From Octopus vulgaris (lineage: Eukaryota): a stretch of 64,000 bases of DNA. Positions 1 to 16,627 of this stretch are shown in pieces. Where the stretch lies: positions 74,338,001-74,402,000 of the forward strand of contig OX597820.1 in NCBI GenBank assembly GCA_951406725.2, in the 5' to 3' direction. Numbering within the stretch: the stretch's first letter is position 1; every line of letters begins with the position of its first letter. The notes under the pieces are model-generated. The model searched no databases and had not been told where the DNA came from. It saw only the letters and a list, made by a program, of their open reading frames with translations. The translations under genes were made by a program, and so were the position numbers.

Positions 1-577
1 ACAACAAACAGGATGAGGACAAATATCCGTCAAATGTAAATAATGTGCATAATTCTTCATCTCTCAAATATAGAACTGTATTATAGCAAAAACTTAAAAC
101 AAAAGAAAAATTACATGATACTAAGGATAGATATCAACAATAAGATTGAAGGACAAAATAAAAAATTGCTTTATCAGATGTGATAATGTGAGCTTCACTA
201 TCTAATATCTCGGCATATGTGACCACTTCGTGGTTGAAGTTGATTTTCTATTTATCTGTCTCTTTCTGCGTATCCAGAAAGCTTCAGTGTTATTGGTTAT
301 ATTCCACTCCCACAGAAATTACTCAAAGGATTTACAGTTCCGTAGATATAACCAAGACTGGTTAAATTATTGTCGCTTCGTCACTAATCAGTAAAGATGA
401 TTCATTCAGTTGCATCATCAACAGTAGAATATCACTGCTAAGATCAACGCATTAGGATTGGAAATATACTGATATCATCCATTTTTTTGTTGTTGGTGTT
501 ATAAATCCCAATAATTCAAAATTATCTATTGATCCTGTCAGTATGACTTCCGTTTTTGAATATAAGATCTCTGTGTA

Positions 578-950
578 AGGCGGCGATCTGGCAGAAATGT
601 TAGCACGCCGGGCGAAGTGCTTAGCGGTATTTCGTCTGTCAGTTACGTTCTGAGTTCAAATTCCGCCGAGGTCGACTTTGCCTTTCATCCTTTTGGGGTC
701 GATAGATTAAATACCAGTTACGCACTGGGGTTGATATAATCGACTCAATTCGTCTGTCTGTCCTTGTTTGTCCTCTGTGTATTTAGCCCCTTGTGGGTAG
801 TAAAGAAATAGGTATTTCGTCTGTCTTTACGTTCTGAATTCACCTTCCGCCGAGGTCGATTTTGCTTTTCATCCTTTCGGGTTCGATCTAATCGACTGGC
901 CTCCTCCCCCAAAATTTCGGGCCTTGTGCTTAGAGTAGAAAAGTCGTACC
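578..950 (+). mobile_element. tRNA-derived SINE family A (MetaSINE-like core), head-to-tail dimer
   Basis: Head ggcggcgatctggcagaaatgttagc (A-box-like), B-box gagttcaaattcc, core gcctttcatcc..ggggtcgat..taccagtt, tail ending taaagaaata, then a second unit starting ggtatttcgtc. The same sequence recurs more than 10 times in the window. Confidence 0.85.
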
Positions 951-989
951 CTTGTCTTGTGTGATTTTGAGACAACAGATCTCACAACA

Positions 990-1155
990 TTGCCAGGAAA
1001 GGGCATGTCGATTATATCGATATCCAGTACTTAACTGGAACTTATTTTATCGATCCCGTCAGGATAAAAGGCAAAGTCGACCTTGGTGGAATTTGAACCC
1101 AGAACGTAAAGACAGATGAAATGGTGGCAAGCATTTTGCCCGGCGTGCCGCCTTA
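990..1155 (-). mobile_element. SINE family A copy (diverged)
   Basis: aggataaaaggcaaagtcgaccttggtggaatttgaacccagaacg is the reverse complement of the family A head/core. Confidence 0.8.
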
Positions 1156-1443
1156 AAAATTTTTTCACTATATTGATATTACTTTAGTACGATTAATATA
1201 GAGCACATAACTAGGGTTTGCATACAAAAACTAATACTATTTGTAATACGACAGACATTATCAATTTATTTATAATGTATTGTTTTATATGCATTTTCAG
1301 TGCATCCAAATAACGTCATTAAGATACTTTCAAAATTGTTGCAGTGATGTGTTACACTCGCACATACACAGCTAGTCGCTATCTATAACATCATTTACTT
1401 TTAAAAAAGATGAAAAAACATGTGTTCAAACAGAGTTAGCTAC

Positions 1444-2037
1444 TAAATTGCTGAAATTTTCATTCATGGGGTAACTATTTTAAGTCGGTACAAAACAATT
1501 GAGATATTACAACAAAGGATAGAAGCTTTTGAAAGATATCTCGCAGAAGCTAAATAAATACAATAAATGAAAACTGAAAAAATGAAAAATGAAAACTAAA
1601 AAAAAAAAAATATGGTCGTAAAGTGCTGTTGGATGAATTCTTAATGTTCAAAGAAAAAGAATGGAAGAATGATACTATTATGTTTGTTAATTCATTTGCA
1701 AGTGTTTCGTGAATTTCCAAGTAATCGGAAAAAGACTTTCACTTTCTACGTGTCGATTCTTAAGGTAGAAAGTGAAAGCTTTTTTTTTCTATTAGAAGTT
1801 ATCGAAAACACTTGGAAATGAACAAACGGACATAATACTTTCATTCCATAGCACTTTTCCTTTGAACATAAAAGGACTCATCCAACAGCACTTCGCCACC
1901 ATTTTTTCAGAACGTGTTCTTATTGTTTTTTTTTTTCAAAATATTTTTGAAAATCCCGTATCTGTTTTTGTATTGTATCAATGGTTTTGTAAAGATTCAA
2001 AATGGTTACTCAACAAATGGAAATATTGAACAATTTA
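1444..2037. repeat. Long diverged inverted repeat (fold-back), ~290-bp arms, centre ~1755
   Basis: aagtgctgttggatga (1621) mirrors tcatccaacagcactt (~1878); ctttcactttctac mirrors gtagaaagtgaaag; outer taaattg mirrors caattta. Confidence 0.8.
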
Positions 2038-3339
2038 TCACCCAACATTGTCGTACAAGCTCTTACAAGCAAACAGCGGTATTGTAATGACAAGCTTTAT
2101 GTATCTGGTCCATAACATATCATTATAACTATTTCCAACAGTTTCTATAAGTGAAGCACCGTATTTCTAAAACAATCTAAACTGCCAATATCTATCGTAT
2201 TTCAAATAGTATCAGTCTTTGTATGCTAAACCACACTGATATATCCTATGACAATATCTAGCATTGGTACTGAAATAGAATTGATATCGTCGTAAAATTT
2301 GTTCCACAGAAATTTCAAAGACAGATTGTACCTCGGTTGTCCCAATCATGAGCTCCATATTGACAGAAAAAAATATAAACACGTTGAATTTTACGATAAC
2401 ACCAATACAAAGGATGACTTCATGTTCCCCAATCAATTGCAGAGATTTTGGCAGTGAGCAGCGATTATCAGCGCCGCTGCATCTGGATAAACTGTATTTG
2501 ATGAGGAGTGGTGAGGCTCTACTAATCTAGCTGACTTTAATCCTCTCCATGAAACTATAAATCCTTTCTCTCAATAGTATGTGCACTAGTAACATTAAAG
2601 CTTTCTGGACACGTTTAAATAGACCGATGAAACATGACTTAATTAACAACATGAATTGTTCACATGTGTACGAGATATTGTATCCAGAAACTTACAACAT
2701 ATCTCATGATTAAGGGGGCTGAATTATGAGAACTCGGGATAAAAATGCGTAGTGAGCGGATGTATGAATGCAAAATGGCTTCCAGAAAATCATTCCTTAT
2801 ATATTTTGTCATGTGACAGAGATTGTATTACGTAAAAAATTATATACTGTTAATGGCCGAAGAGTTTCTTTCCAATGTGGATCATATCATGCTTGAACTA
2901 TATTAGTGAATTCAAAAAGATCTTGCTTGTTACTATTGGCTATTGCGACCCGGTTGTAGAATATGGCAAAACGTTTGGACTTAGAAGAATGTATTATTTA
3001 TATTTATTAGGTAAGCGAAAAGCAGTTTGCACTTATACATATATGTGAGCAAGTGCACACATAAAAAACTACAATCAGAAGCATACGGGCTCTAACATGC
3101 AAACACATTAATGATTCTCATCTCTATTGCTTTTAAGTATTTACTATTTTATGCCGACAGGGTTTAGGACTGATTTTTCGAGGTAAAGTTTTACAGCTGG
3201 GCGCTCTTCCTGACATCAACCCTTTAAGCCTAAAACTAAGATAACGCTCTCTATTTTTCTGTTATATACATAGATGCATACATATTTACATACACACGTG
3301 CACTCGCACGTACACACACACACATATATATTCGTATAT

Positions 3340-3712
3340 TCTTTTCAGTCATTAAACTGCAGCCATACTGGAGCGGTGTCTAGAAGAATTTTAGTCGAAG
3401 AATTGACCCTAATACATTTTTTAAGAGCCTGGTACTTATTCTATCGGTCTCTTCGCCGAACTGCTATGCTACGTGGAAGTACATACATCAACACCGGTTT
3501 TCAAGCGATGGTGGGGACAAACACAAACGCAAAGACACATACAATTGTACGTACACACACGCACAACACACATATGTACGATGGGATTCTTTCAGTTTCC
3601 GTGAACCAAATCCACTCACACGGGCTTGGTCGGCACGAGGGTATAGTAGGAGACACTTGCCCAAGGAACTATGTGGTTTCGATGCAAACGCCTTACCCCA
3701 TAGCCACGCCTG
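3340..3712 (-). mobile_element. tRNA-derived SINE family B copy
   Basis: Reverse complement of the element at 25990-26360: ctttcagtttccg, aaatccactcac, gacacttgcccaagg, ggtggggacaaacac. Confidence 0.8.
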
Positions 3713-3759
3713 CGTACTTGCAGTGATGAAGTCAAACCAAACAGCAATATTTTGAAGTT

Positions 3760-3836
3760 ATATAATACGCGTGTTTCATGTTTGTGTAATATATAAGAGG
3801 AAATGTAACCATTACGTAAACCTTCTTCAGTTAAAA
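3760..3836 (-). ncRNA. Type I hammerhead ribozyme motif (partly decayed stems)
   Basis: Minus strand: ttttaa-CTGAAGA-aggtttacgtaat...attacacaaacat-GAAA-cacgcg-TA-ttata. Core intact, stem II about 10/13 paired, stem I short. Confidence 0.55.
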
Positions 3837-3879
3837 CATATAAAATAAACATATACGTGCGTATACGTTTTTACATACA

Positions 3880-6650
<2,771 letters not shown>

Positions 6651-6654
6651 AATG

Positions 6655-6781
6655 CTGAGACGTGGTTTAGTGGTTATAGTGTTGCACTCATTATCGTAAG
6701 ATTGTGGTTTCGATTCCTGGACAGGACGATACAAAACGCTTCATTTCACATCGCCCAGTTCCATCAAATGGCAAAAATGAG

Positions 6782-6785
<4 letters not shown>
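6655..6785 (+). mobile_element. tRNA-derived SINE family C, 5' part
   Basis: cgtggtttagtggttatagtgttgcactca...ggtttcgattcctggac with A/B boxes; homologous to 23303, 45567, 37065-37405 and 39360-39675. Confidence 0.75.
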
Positions 6786-6819
<34 letters not shown>

Positions 6820-6825
<6 letters not shown>

Positions 6826-6975
6826 GAAATTTATAGAAAAACAAAAGACGAAGACAGGTGTATGAACAACAAGCAAGTCTATTAGTTTGACGCTTAGGAA
6901 AATGAAAGTCTTTTACGTTTCGAACCTACGCTCTTCGACAGAGAGGAATAAGGGAAAATAAACAGAGAGAGAATG
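6820..6975 (-). mobile_element. Short (TA)n-abutting element with decayed minimal hammerhead (6909-6946); relative of the 19.1-20.3 kb family
   Basis: Minus strand: cctct-CTGTCGA-a-gagc-gtag-gttc-GAAA-cg-TA-aaaga, with a downstream agcgtc(a/t)aa motif shared with the 19435 element. Confidence 0.65.
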
Positions 6976-7004
6976 CGTGTGTGCATATATATAAATATAT
7001 ATTT

Positions 7005-8011
<1,007 letters not shown>

Positions 8012-8342
8012 GTAAAGAGAAATTGGTAGACTGACAGATTGATAGGAAAGTAGATATATATATAAATATATATATGTATGTATATGTGTGTGTGTCTGTG
8101 TGCGTGTTTGCGCAGGTATATAGAAGAAACAAAGTCGAAAATTTCCTATGGACAGGACACAATCTTCAGAGTTGTCTTTTTTTTCTTCTTCTGTGTACGC
8201 AATGGTCGTTAATATGGAAACCAGTTGCAAGAAAGTTCAGCTCGATCACACGAATTTCGTTCACTGCTTTCTCTTTCGTAACATACAAAATCACATGGAG
8301 CTCTAAACATTGATTGTATGTCGTGTGTCTTAATGCGTAATG

Positions 8343-8380
<38 letters not shown>

Positions 8381-8455
8381 TATAGATATATAGCTACACA
8401 CACATACATATGTACATGCATACATATATATAGTTGTTATATTTGTGTGTGCGAG

Positions 8456-8504
<49 letters not shown>

Positions 8505-8511
8505 CTATGTA

Positions 8512-8620
<109 letters not shown>

Positions 8621-9032
8621 GACAATCGTTTCGATACCTCAAGCTACAAGGTGTAAACCATTCGTTTTATTATCTCATATATATATATGTATGTGCATGT
8701 ACAAATGTATGTGTGTATGTACATATATCTGTGTGTGTGTGAGTGTGTGTATACACAGAGTGAGAGAGACTGAGAAAGAGAGAGTAGCAAAAAAATTCAC
8801 ACGCACTTTGTAAAATATAGTGATAACTTCATCTGATTTATGGATTAATTTGGGCGCTAAAATTCAATAGAAAAGCTTCATCATTCTATAAACGTCGTAC
8901 AGGAAATTTAGCATTTGTTGAAAACAATTTTTAAGCAGTTATTTTAATAATATATATATATGTATGCATGTAGGTATGCATATATGCATGTGTATGTGTT
9001 TGCGGATTCTTAGGTGGGTGGGTGGTCATGGA

Positions 9033-9070
<38 letters not shown>

Positions 9071-9752
9071 CATGTATTCAGCAACTGCAAAATTTCATGT
9101 ACTATTTCTGTAGTATGATGAAACATTTCTTTGCCGATGTATTTTAGCGGCCATATTTATCCATAAATCAGTTAAACTTATCTCTATATTTTTCAAAATG
9201 CCTACGTTATTTATCTCAACTTTCTCTCTTTTTCTTTCTTTCTCTCTCTCTCTCTCTCCCTCTCACTGTCTTGTCTCTCTTTTCTGTCTTCTCTAATTAT
9301 TTGATCGCATTCTATCATTATTGTGAATAATTCCGAGTAGTTTCCGAGCAGCCGTCTCGCTTCCCTCCATTTTCATGATTGAGGAGCCTAGTAGCATTGT
9401 GGTGAATATCTTCCTTCCAGCAATTGATTCTCGAGCAATTTTCAACATGGAATAATCTCCAGATCGATTATCTTTCTACTATTACTTGTTTCACCACAAG
9501 GGGGACTCGTGGCTACAGTTTATGGGATTGTCATTTTATTTTATTTATATCTCTTTTATTATTGTTTGTTTATCATTCGAGCTAAACATTCGATGATTCA
9601 TAATGCATGCATACATAAATATATACATACATACATACATACATACATACATACATACATACACACACATATATGTATATATATATGTGTGTGTGTGTGC
9701 GTGTATATATATATATATCAATATATATACATACATATATAAATATAAATAC

Positions 9753-9801
<49 letters not shown>

Positions 9802-9858
9802 TATATACATATATATATATACATACATATATATATATATATGTATGCATATACGTAT

Positions 9859-9944
<86 letters not shown>

Positions 9945-10469
9945 GTATATATAATATTTCTTGTATGGACATTTAGATGTACGGCTGCTGCCGGAGAGTT
10001 TAAATCTCCTCGTATAATATTTTCATTCGGTTAACTTCCAGTAAAGTGGTGTGGTTACAGCTGTACCATAAACTTCGTCCTGTGTTTATCATACTTCGCC
10101 ACACATGCACACACACACACACACGTGTGTGTGTGTGTGTAGCCTAACTTCTTAGCTGCAAGATGGTAACAATAAAGTCAAAGATATCTTTATTTCATGA
10201 TTTAATGCTCGTCTGAAAAAGCATAAGCATTAATACAACAGATTTTTATGCTTCCCTAGCTGCTATGGCCGTTTATCTATCAAAACAGCGATGTGGGGTT
10301 TCTACGTTGTCTATTGGCAATAGTAGTTAGATGTTCCTCAAGCCACTCCCTACGGCCGTAAAATAAACGGATAACGTAGTTCAGAATAGGGAATGCTTGA
10401 CAATATTTGAGCATTCAAGGCAAAAACAACTTGAAGCATAAATCTTCTTGTTGATAGCTCAATACAGTA

Positions 10470-10875
10470 CCTTTTATACTCTAGGTACAAGGCCCGGAAT
10501 TTTGGGGGAGGGGACCAGTCGATTAGATCGATCCCAATACGCAACTGGTGCTTAATTTATCGACCCCGAAAAGATGAAAGGGTAAGTCGATCTCCGTGGA
10601 ATATGAACTCAGAACGTAAAGACAGATGAAATATTTCTAAGTATTTCGCCCGGCGTGCTAACGTTTATTTCTTTCTTGCTCACAAGGGGCTAAACATAAA
10701 GGGGACAAACATGGACAGACAAAGGGATTAAGTCGATTACATAGACTCCAGTGCGCAACTGGTACTTATTTAATCGACCTCGAAAGGATGAAAAGCAAAG
10801 TCGATCTCGATGGAATTTGAACTCAGAACGCAATGGTAGACGAAATACCACCAAGCATTTCGCTCGGCGTGCTAA
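10470..10875 (-). mobile_element. SINE family A dimer
   Basis: Two gaaag(a/g)atgaaa..aagtcga..gaactcagaacg units joined by the tail cacaaggggctaaacata. Confidence 0.85.
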
Positions 10876-11009
10876 TCACAATACCTACACAACATTTGTA
10901 TAGGAATGGCTTTTATTTTTCTTGCAAAATTATTATATATTTCACAGAAGAAGAGGGCCAGGACGTTAGTTTAACTCTTCTGCGTACATTTACTAGCCTT
11001 CCCTTGTTT

Positions 11010-11190
11010 TGGTCATTGGAATGAGGCCATACTGGAGCAATGTCTTGAAGGGTTTAATGGAACAAATCAACTCTGGTGCTTTAGATTTCCTTTCTTTTGA
11101 GTGTGGTATTCTATATTCTATCGTACTTTTTCTTGAACTGACTGATAGGTTACGGCGACCCAACATCAGTCGTCACGCGGTAGTGAGAAC
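11010..11190 (-). mobile_element. SINE family B 3' fragment (diverged)
   Basis: ggccatactggagca...tattctatcg match the family B tail. Confidence 0.6.
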
Positions 11191-11259
11191 GAAGATGCAT
11201 ACTCATACAAACGTATATATATGTACAAACATACATACATACATACATACATACATACA

Positions 11260-11321
<62 letters not shown>

Positions 11322-11425
11322 TTGAGGTAAACTTTGTTGTTATTTCTTGTAAGAAGAAAACAACAACGCGATATATATATATATATATATATACCCGTAG
11401 CATATAAACGTGTGTATATACTTGC

Positions 11426-11502
<77 letters not shown>

Positions 11503-12316
11503 CATTTATATGCAACGTACTTCTGTGCAGTTTTTGTCTCCCACGTTCACTCAGCGTGTTGGTCAGCTCGGAATTATAGTATAACATACTAGTTCAAATT
11601 TCTGCGCTGTAGTACTGAAACCGAAGCCACTTGGTTACAAAGCAAGCTTCTGAACCAAACAGCCATCATTATTTTTGTCAAAAGAAGAAAGCATTATGAT
11701 ATCTTTTCAAGAACCAATCGGTACCTGTATTTTTAGAGAACAATGGTGTATATCTGGTGATCTTATCACTGAGCATCCTTTCAATCGTCAGATTAATATG
11801 TAATAACGTCAAATAGAATATAATCACAAACCCAGCTAAATGCTTTCAAAATTTCTTTTGATGTATATATGTAAATTCATAAATGATACATGCTCAAATA
11901 TCACGAGCGATAATACAATTGTTCTCCTTTGTTTGAAAGTCAAATAACAAAATAAACTAAAATGAAATAAAGTAAATAAAAATTAGGATCTATAACATTA
12001 TAATTAAGAACTATGCTAAAATATTTTCAAAAAAAAGAAATAATTAAATAAAATACATAATACAAATAAAATAATAATCCTCCAACCCCAGATCCTGAGA
12101 TAGTTGTTTCGCTCCTGGTACAGAACTGTCGCTATTGCTGTGCTTAAAGCGGGATGTTTGCTATTGTGATATAAGCTGTTCCAAAAATGCGCTACGAAAG
12201 AATTCTGTAATTATCCACATTGGATAGAATGTAATAAAATAAAACATGGAAATTGCTTTGATTTTATTGTGTTCATTATTATAAACAATATATGTTTCAT
12301 AATAGGTATATCGATA

Positions 12317-12317
<1 letters not shown>

Positions 12318-12399
<82 letters not shown>

Positions 12400-12400
12400 G

Positions 12401-12477
<77 letters not shown>
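12318..12477. repeat. (TTA)n microsatellite
   Basis: Directly visible. Confidence 0.97.
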
Positions 12478-12478
<1 letters not shown>

Positions 12479-12691
12479 CATATCTGTCTTATAATAAAAG
12501 CTTTCAAAATAATATATTGCTATGGTGAATCTAATGCATTCCATATGTATGTTTGTTGGTATATATATATATATATATATTTATATATTTATATATTATA
12601 CAGATATATATATATATATGTATGTATGTATATATATTTGTGTGTGAGTGTGTGTGCGTGCGTGTCTGTATGTATAGCTATAAATATGTGT

Positions 12692-12743
<52 letters not shown>

Positions 12744-12793
12744 CTAATCTATAATTGTATTTGTATATTCTTGACACGCGCACAGGCACTCAC

Positions 12794-12828
<35 letters not shown>

Positions 12829-13438
12829 GAGGCTCTCCAATTCTCCGAGTTTCAAGTTTCTGATTGTTCAAAGAACTGAAGATAGAAAAGTGCTTGAAAA
12901 TATACGACCACAAATATTTACAAACGCATCTATATAACAGCCATCAACAATACATCGAAATTTGATTAGCTGTTGAAAAAAAAAAGGGAGAAAATACATG
13001 ACATATCAATGGTTAAAATGCACAGAGCACATGGTCTTTTCATGTATTTACGCTCGAAAACGTGCGTTGTATTTTCGACTTTTATACCATAAGTAAATTT
13101 TTTTAAATACTCGTCAATAAAGGAGGAGACGCTCTTGGAAGAAGTTTTAGCGTTGATGAATCATAGATTTTAGTCATCAAAAATCCCAATAACTGCTATT
13201 TACTCTTTCATTTGTTCTTTCTATATATAATACAGAAGGTATAATAGTTGAATGTATTACATAGTCTGTGTACGGAAATGCGTAGTTAAATATGTGACGT
13301 ACTATTAAACATCATTTATTTCTTCTTGTACAATTTGGTGTTTTATGAAAATGCGAATATGTTTAATCTTACATTGCTACACTCTTACATTGCTAAAAGA
13401 GCTGAATCAACAACATTAAATTAATTTGCAACTGAAGA

Positions 13439-13469
<31 letters not shown>

Positions 13470-14189
13470 TGTATGTATGCATGTATGTATGTATGTATGA
13501 ATTGTACGTTGTGTAAGTGATAGTGCATATATATCCATATCTCTATATGTGTGTGTGCGTGCATGTGCATATATATATATATACATATACATATATATAG
13601 ATACATATATATATACATACATATATAAATACAAATATATACATATGTATAAATACAAATATATACACATATATATGTATATATATACATATATATATAT
13701 ATATACACGTATATAAATACAAATATATGTATCTACATACGTATATATATGCATATATATATATATACACATATATATACACACACACATGTATGCGCAT
13801 GTGTTTTAGGATCACAATGTCCCTTTGCGGAGTAAGTTCATTGTTGTATAGGTAACTTTTTTGTAGCTATAAGTTAATACCGTTCACTTTGATGTTGTTA
13901 CTTGTAATAACAAGCTGGTGTTTGGTAATGGATATATTATGCTAATGTTTCACTTCTGCTAATTAATATTGATTTCCAGGCAGCGTTCATGTTTTTAACG
14001 CCGTTGGGACGCCTGGATTGAATGATACTGCTCAAGTGTCGAAACCATAGTGATATCCGATTGGCAGCTGATGATGGGATTACGTTTATCATGCGTGATT
14101 GTGAACTTTTATGGCTTAGTCTCGTTATTCTGGGAGTCTCTCCAGGTCGATCTGATACTTCACATAAATGCAGTACTACGAGCGTGGTT

Positions 14190-14432
14190 AGAATATTACT
14201 GGAAAGGATCACAATACTGATTCTTCCGCTTGAACCAACTGAGTGGAGACCCAGGGGTAGATCAAGAACAAGATGGCTAGATAACATCCATAGTCTCCGT
14301 AAGTCAAGCTTCGAAATCTATCCGGAGACTGTATGGACGCTTGCTTCTGATAGGACTCCATGGAAACAAAGTACGAAGGACTCTACCACTACGACTCACA
14401 CAAAATGGTCAGCGACGAATATTGATAGATAG
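14190..14432 (+). mobile_element. RTE-type LINE 3' remnant
   Basis: Translates to RPRGRSRTRWLDNI...VWTLASDRTPWKQ, the typical RTE ORF C-terminus. Confidence 0.65.
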
Positions 14433-14518
14433 ATTAATTAACGTAAATGACATTTGCTAAAGGCTGTGGTTATATTTGGCTACTAGCGGAATACTTCCCC
14501 TCTCAGATTTTTAATTGT

Positions 14519-14574
<56 letters not shown>

Positions 14575-14577
<3 letters not shown>

Positions 14578-14697
14578 TGTGATCACCGTGACCGACCAGG
14601 CTATCAAATGTTGTTACACATCGCTGGTCACAATGCGCTTCGAATTGTTTTAGCCTTCAAATGACGCCACCCCGCTGGCTAAGCGAGCAGGCCAATA
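14575..14697. repeat. Short (TA)n-flanked dispersed repeat; reverse-complement copies at ~22408-22452 and ~22582-22635
   Basis: atgttgttacacatcgctggtcacaatgcgc versus gcgcaatgtgaccagcgatgtataacaacat. Confidence 0.7.
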
Positions 14698-14880
14698 TAT
14701 ATATATATATATAAATTCAAATTACGACGAATGTAAACAACAAACGAAGTTTGCTTTAGAAGCGTAGAGATATCATAGAAAGTTAAAGAAGTGATTTTAA
14801 ATTCTCAAACGCAGGATAATGCTAATAATATAGCCTGAACAGGATAAGCTATCCCTATTTTTGCAGAAAAATGTGTCGGC

Positions 14881-14956
14881 GGCCGGCTATGAGACTGGAA
14901 CTCACACTTCTCTGATTACACGTCACGGTGCTCTGAACCATTAAGCTAAACCGCCC
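14881..14956 (-). pseudogene. tRNA-like sequence (Thr-TGT-like pseudogene or SINE head)
   Basis: Minus strand GGGCGGTTTAGCTTAATGGTTCAGAGCACCGTGACGTGTAATCAGAGAAGTGTGAGTTCCAGTCTCATAGCCGGCC. D stem GCTT/GAGC, T stem GTGAG/CTCAT, anticodon loop CGTGTAA, imperfect acceptor stem, TTTTT just downstream. Confidence 0.65.
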
Positions 14957-15194
14957 TCACTATATATATAAAAGAAAATGAGAAACAAACTCTTCAGAAT
15001 CTACTGTGTATGTAAAAGATCTTTAAGAAAGCTAACAGCAAATAGATTAGCTATTTGCAAGTCTTGGTCCAATAAAATGATTCACCTGTTTATCAAGGAA
15101 TCAGAGCAAATGTCGATCGCAGGTACAGCATAGAGAATTAATTGGAAGTGAAGATACAGCACTGTGAATAGACTCTATATGACATACATTGGTT

Positions 15195-15385
15195 TTAAAT
15201 GTTGGCACAAGGCCAGCAATTTTAGGGGAGGGATGAAATCGATTACATCCACCTCAGTGTTACTGGTGCTTATTTTATCGATCCCTGAAAGGAATAAAAT
15301 TAAAGATGACCTCGGCGGAATTTGAACTCATTACAAAATGCCGCTAATCAGTTTGTCTAACGACTCTGCCATCTCGCGCCTTCCT
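15195..15385 (-). mobile_element. SINE family A copy (diverged)
   Basis: ggcacaaggccagcaatttt...gacctcggcggaatttgaactca. Confidence 0.75.
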
Positions 15386-16417
15386 CTTTGATATATATTA
15401 AGACTAGTTCAACTTTCTCATGTTTTATCCACTCCTTAACAAGCATATACTGCACTTGCTACAAACTGGGACAGAGGCTCGAAGCACAACAAACGAAGGT
15501 GGATACTTGATTCGTTCATAACTGCTAATAATTCACTCTAGCACTGTTGATGAACTGCATGTAGTCGCTAGTGATATTAAGGGGTTCGATTCACAACGAT
15601 AAGATTCGCGGTTCGATCCCAAAGTGTGACACCTTAGACGAGTGTATTTACCATTGATTCGAGTCGACCCAAGATTAGAGACCGAAAAGGATGAGGCAGA
15701 ATCAGTAAATATTCTACTAGTTTTACGTTAAAACTGACCGCATCCAACCTCTCACACCTACCCTACAATGTCATATAGAAACACACCAATGAAATCTTGA
15801 AGTTACAAAATAATGTGTGATTAATTGAAAGCAATGTCTATGCTCTAGCCATGTCACATTGCTCTACGTTGCTTCTATTTGATAATTACACTAAGGTTAT
15901 ATGTACCTGCGGTATACTCGGTATATATATGTACCTGCGGTATACTGGACGCTTATACATGGACATCGACTAGAACTTCATGTAAAACTATGAACTGTGA
16001 CAAAAGAAAATTTGGAGCGGCGCCACTGTAAAATCACTCGTCTCTTTCAGATTCTTTCCTTTTCGTGACTCGCTAATCAATCGCATATTAATTTTGTGTG
16101 TGTGTGTGTGTGCGTGTGTATGTGCATGCATGTGTGTGTGTGTGTATGTTGAATTTCTCTTCTTATCGAGAACGCAGTTTACTTGAATTCCGTTCATATT
16201 GCTTACTTCAACATTTCTTCCAATATGACAGTCTGTTGAACTGCTTGACTTTTGAATATGGAAGACTGTTAGTATTTGTCAGAATTAGTTATATTTATTC
16301 CAACTAAATTTCTGGCATTAAGTATATTTCTCTCCTTCATTACTGTTCTTAATATATGGGAATGCATCTATCCATCCATCCATCCATCCATCCATCCATC
16401 CATCCATCCATCCATCC

Positions 16418-16489
<72 letters not shown>

Positions 16490-16491
<2 letters not shown>

Positions 16492-16612
16492 TTCCCCGAT
16501 CCCTTTTGATCAAAATTCTACTCTCCTTTTTTTTCCTTCCTCCCCCAAAAGAAAAGCTCTACTTTGTATTTTGTCCCCTGTGTTCAGTCCTGTGTGGCCA
16601 ATAAAGAAACAT
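16490..16612 (+). mobile_element. Tx1-clade LINE, isolated 3' end, inside (TATC)n
   Basis: cgatcccttttgatc..aaaagctctac..tgtgtggccaataaagaaac, same as the 3' end of the long copy at 18265-18380. Confidence 0.85.
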
Positions 16613-16627
16613 ATCTATCTATCATCT

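Noticed and set aside
2212-3010. Non-repetitive segment with short ORFs
   Set aside because: Stops in all frames I read and no recognisable domain.
8131-8176. Minus-strand CTGAAGA-ttgtg...catag-GAAA-ttt-TC hammerhead-like core
   Set aside because: Stem II pairs but stem I does not; cannot be separated from chance.
15895-15950. Short tandem duplication (similar ones at 47740-47790, 54421-54488, 63467-63505)
   Set aside because: Ordinary slippage duplications with no further structure.
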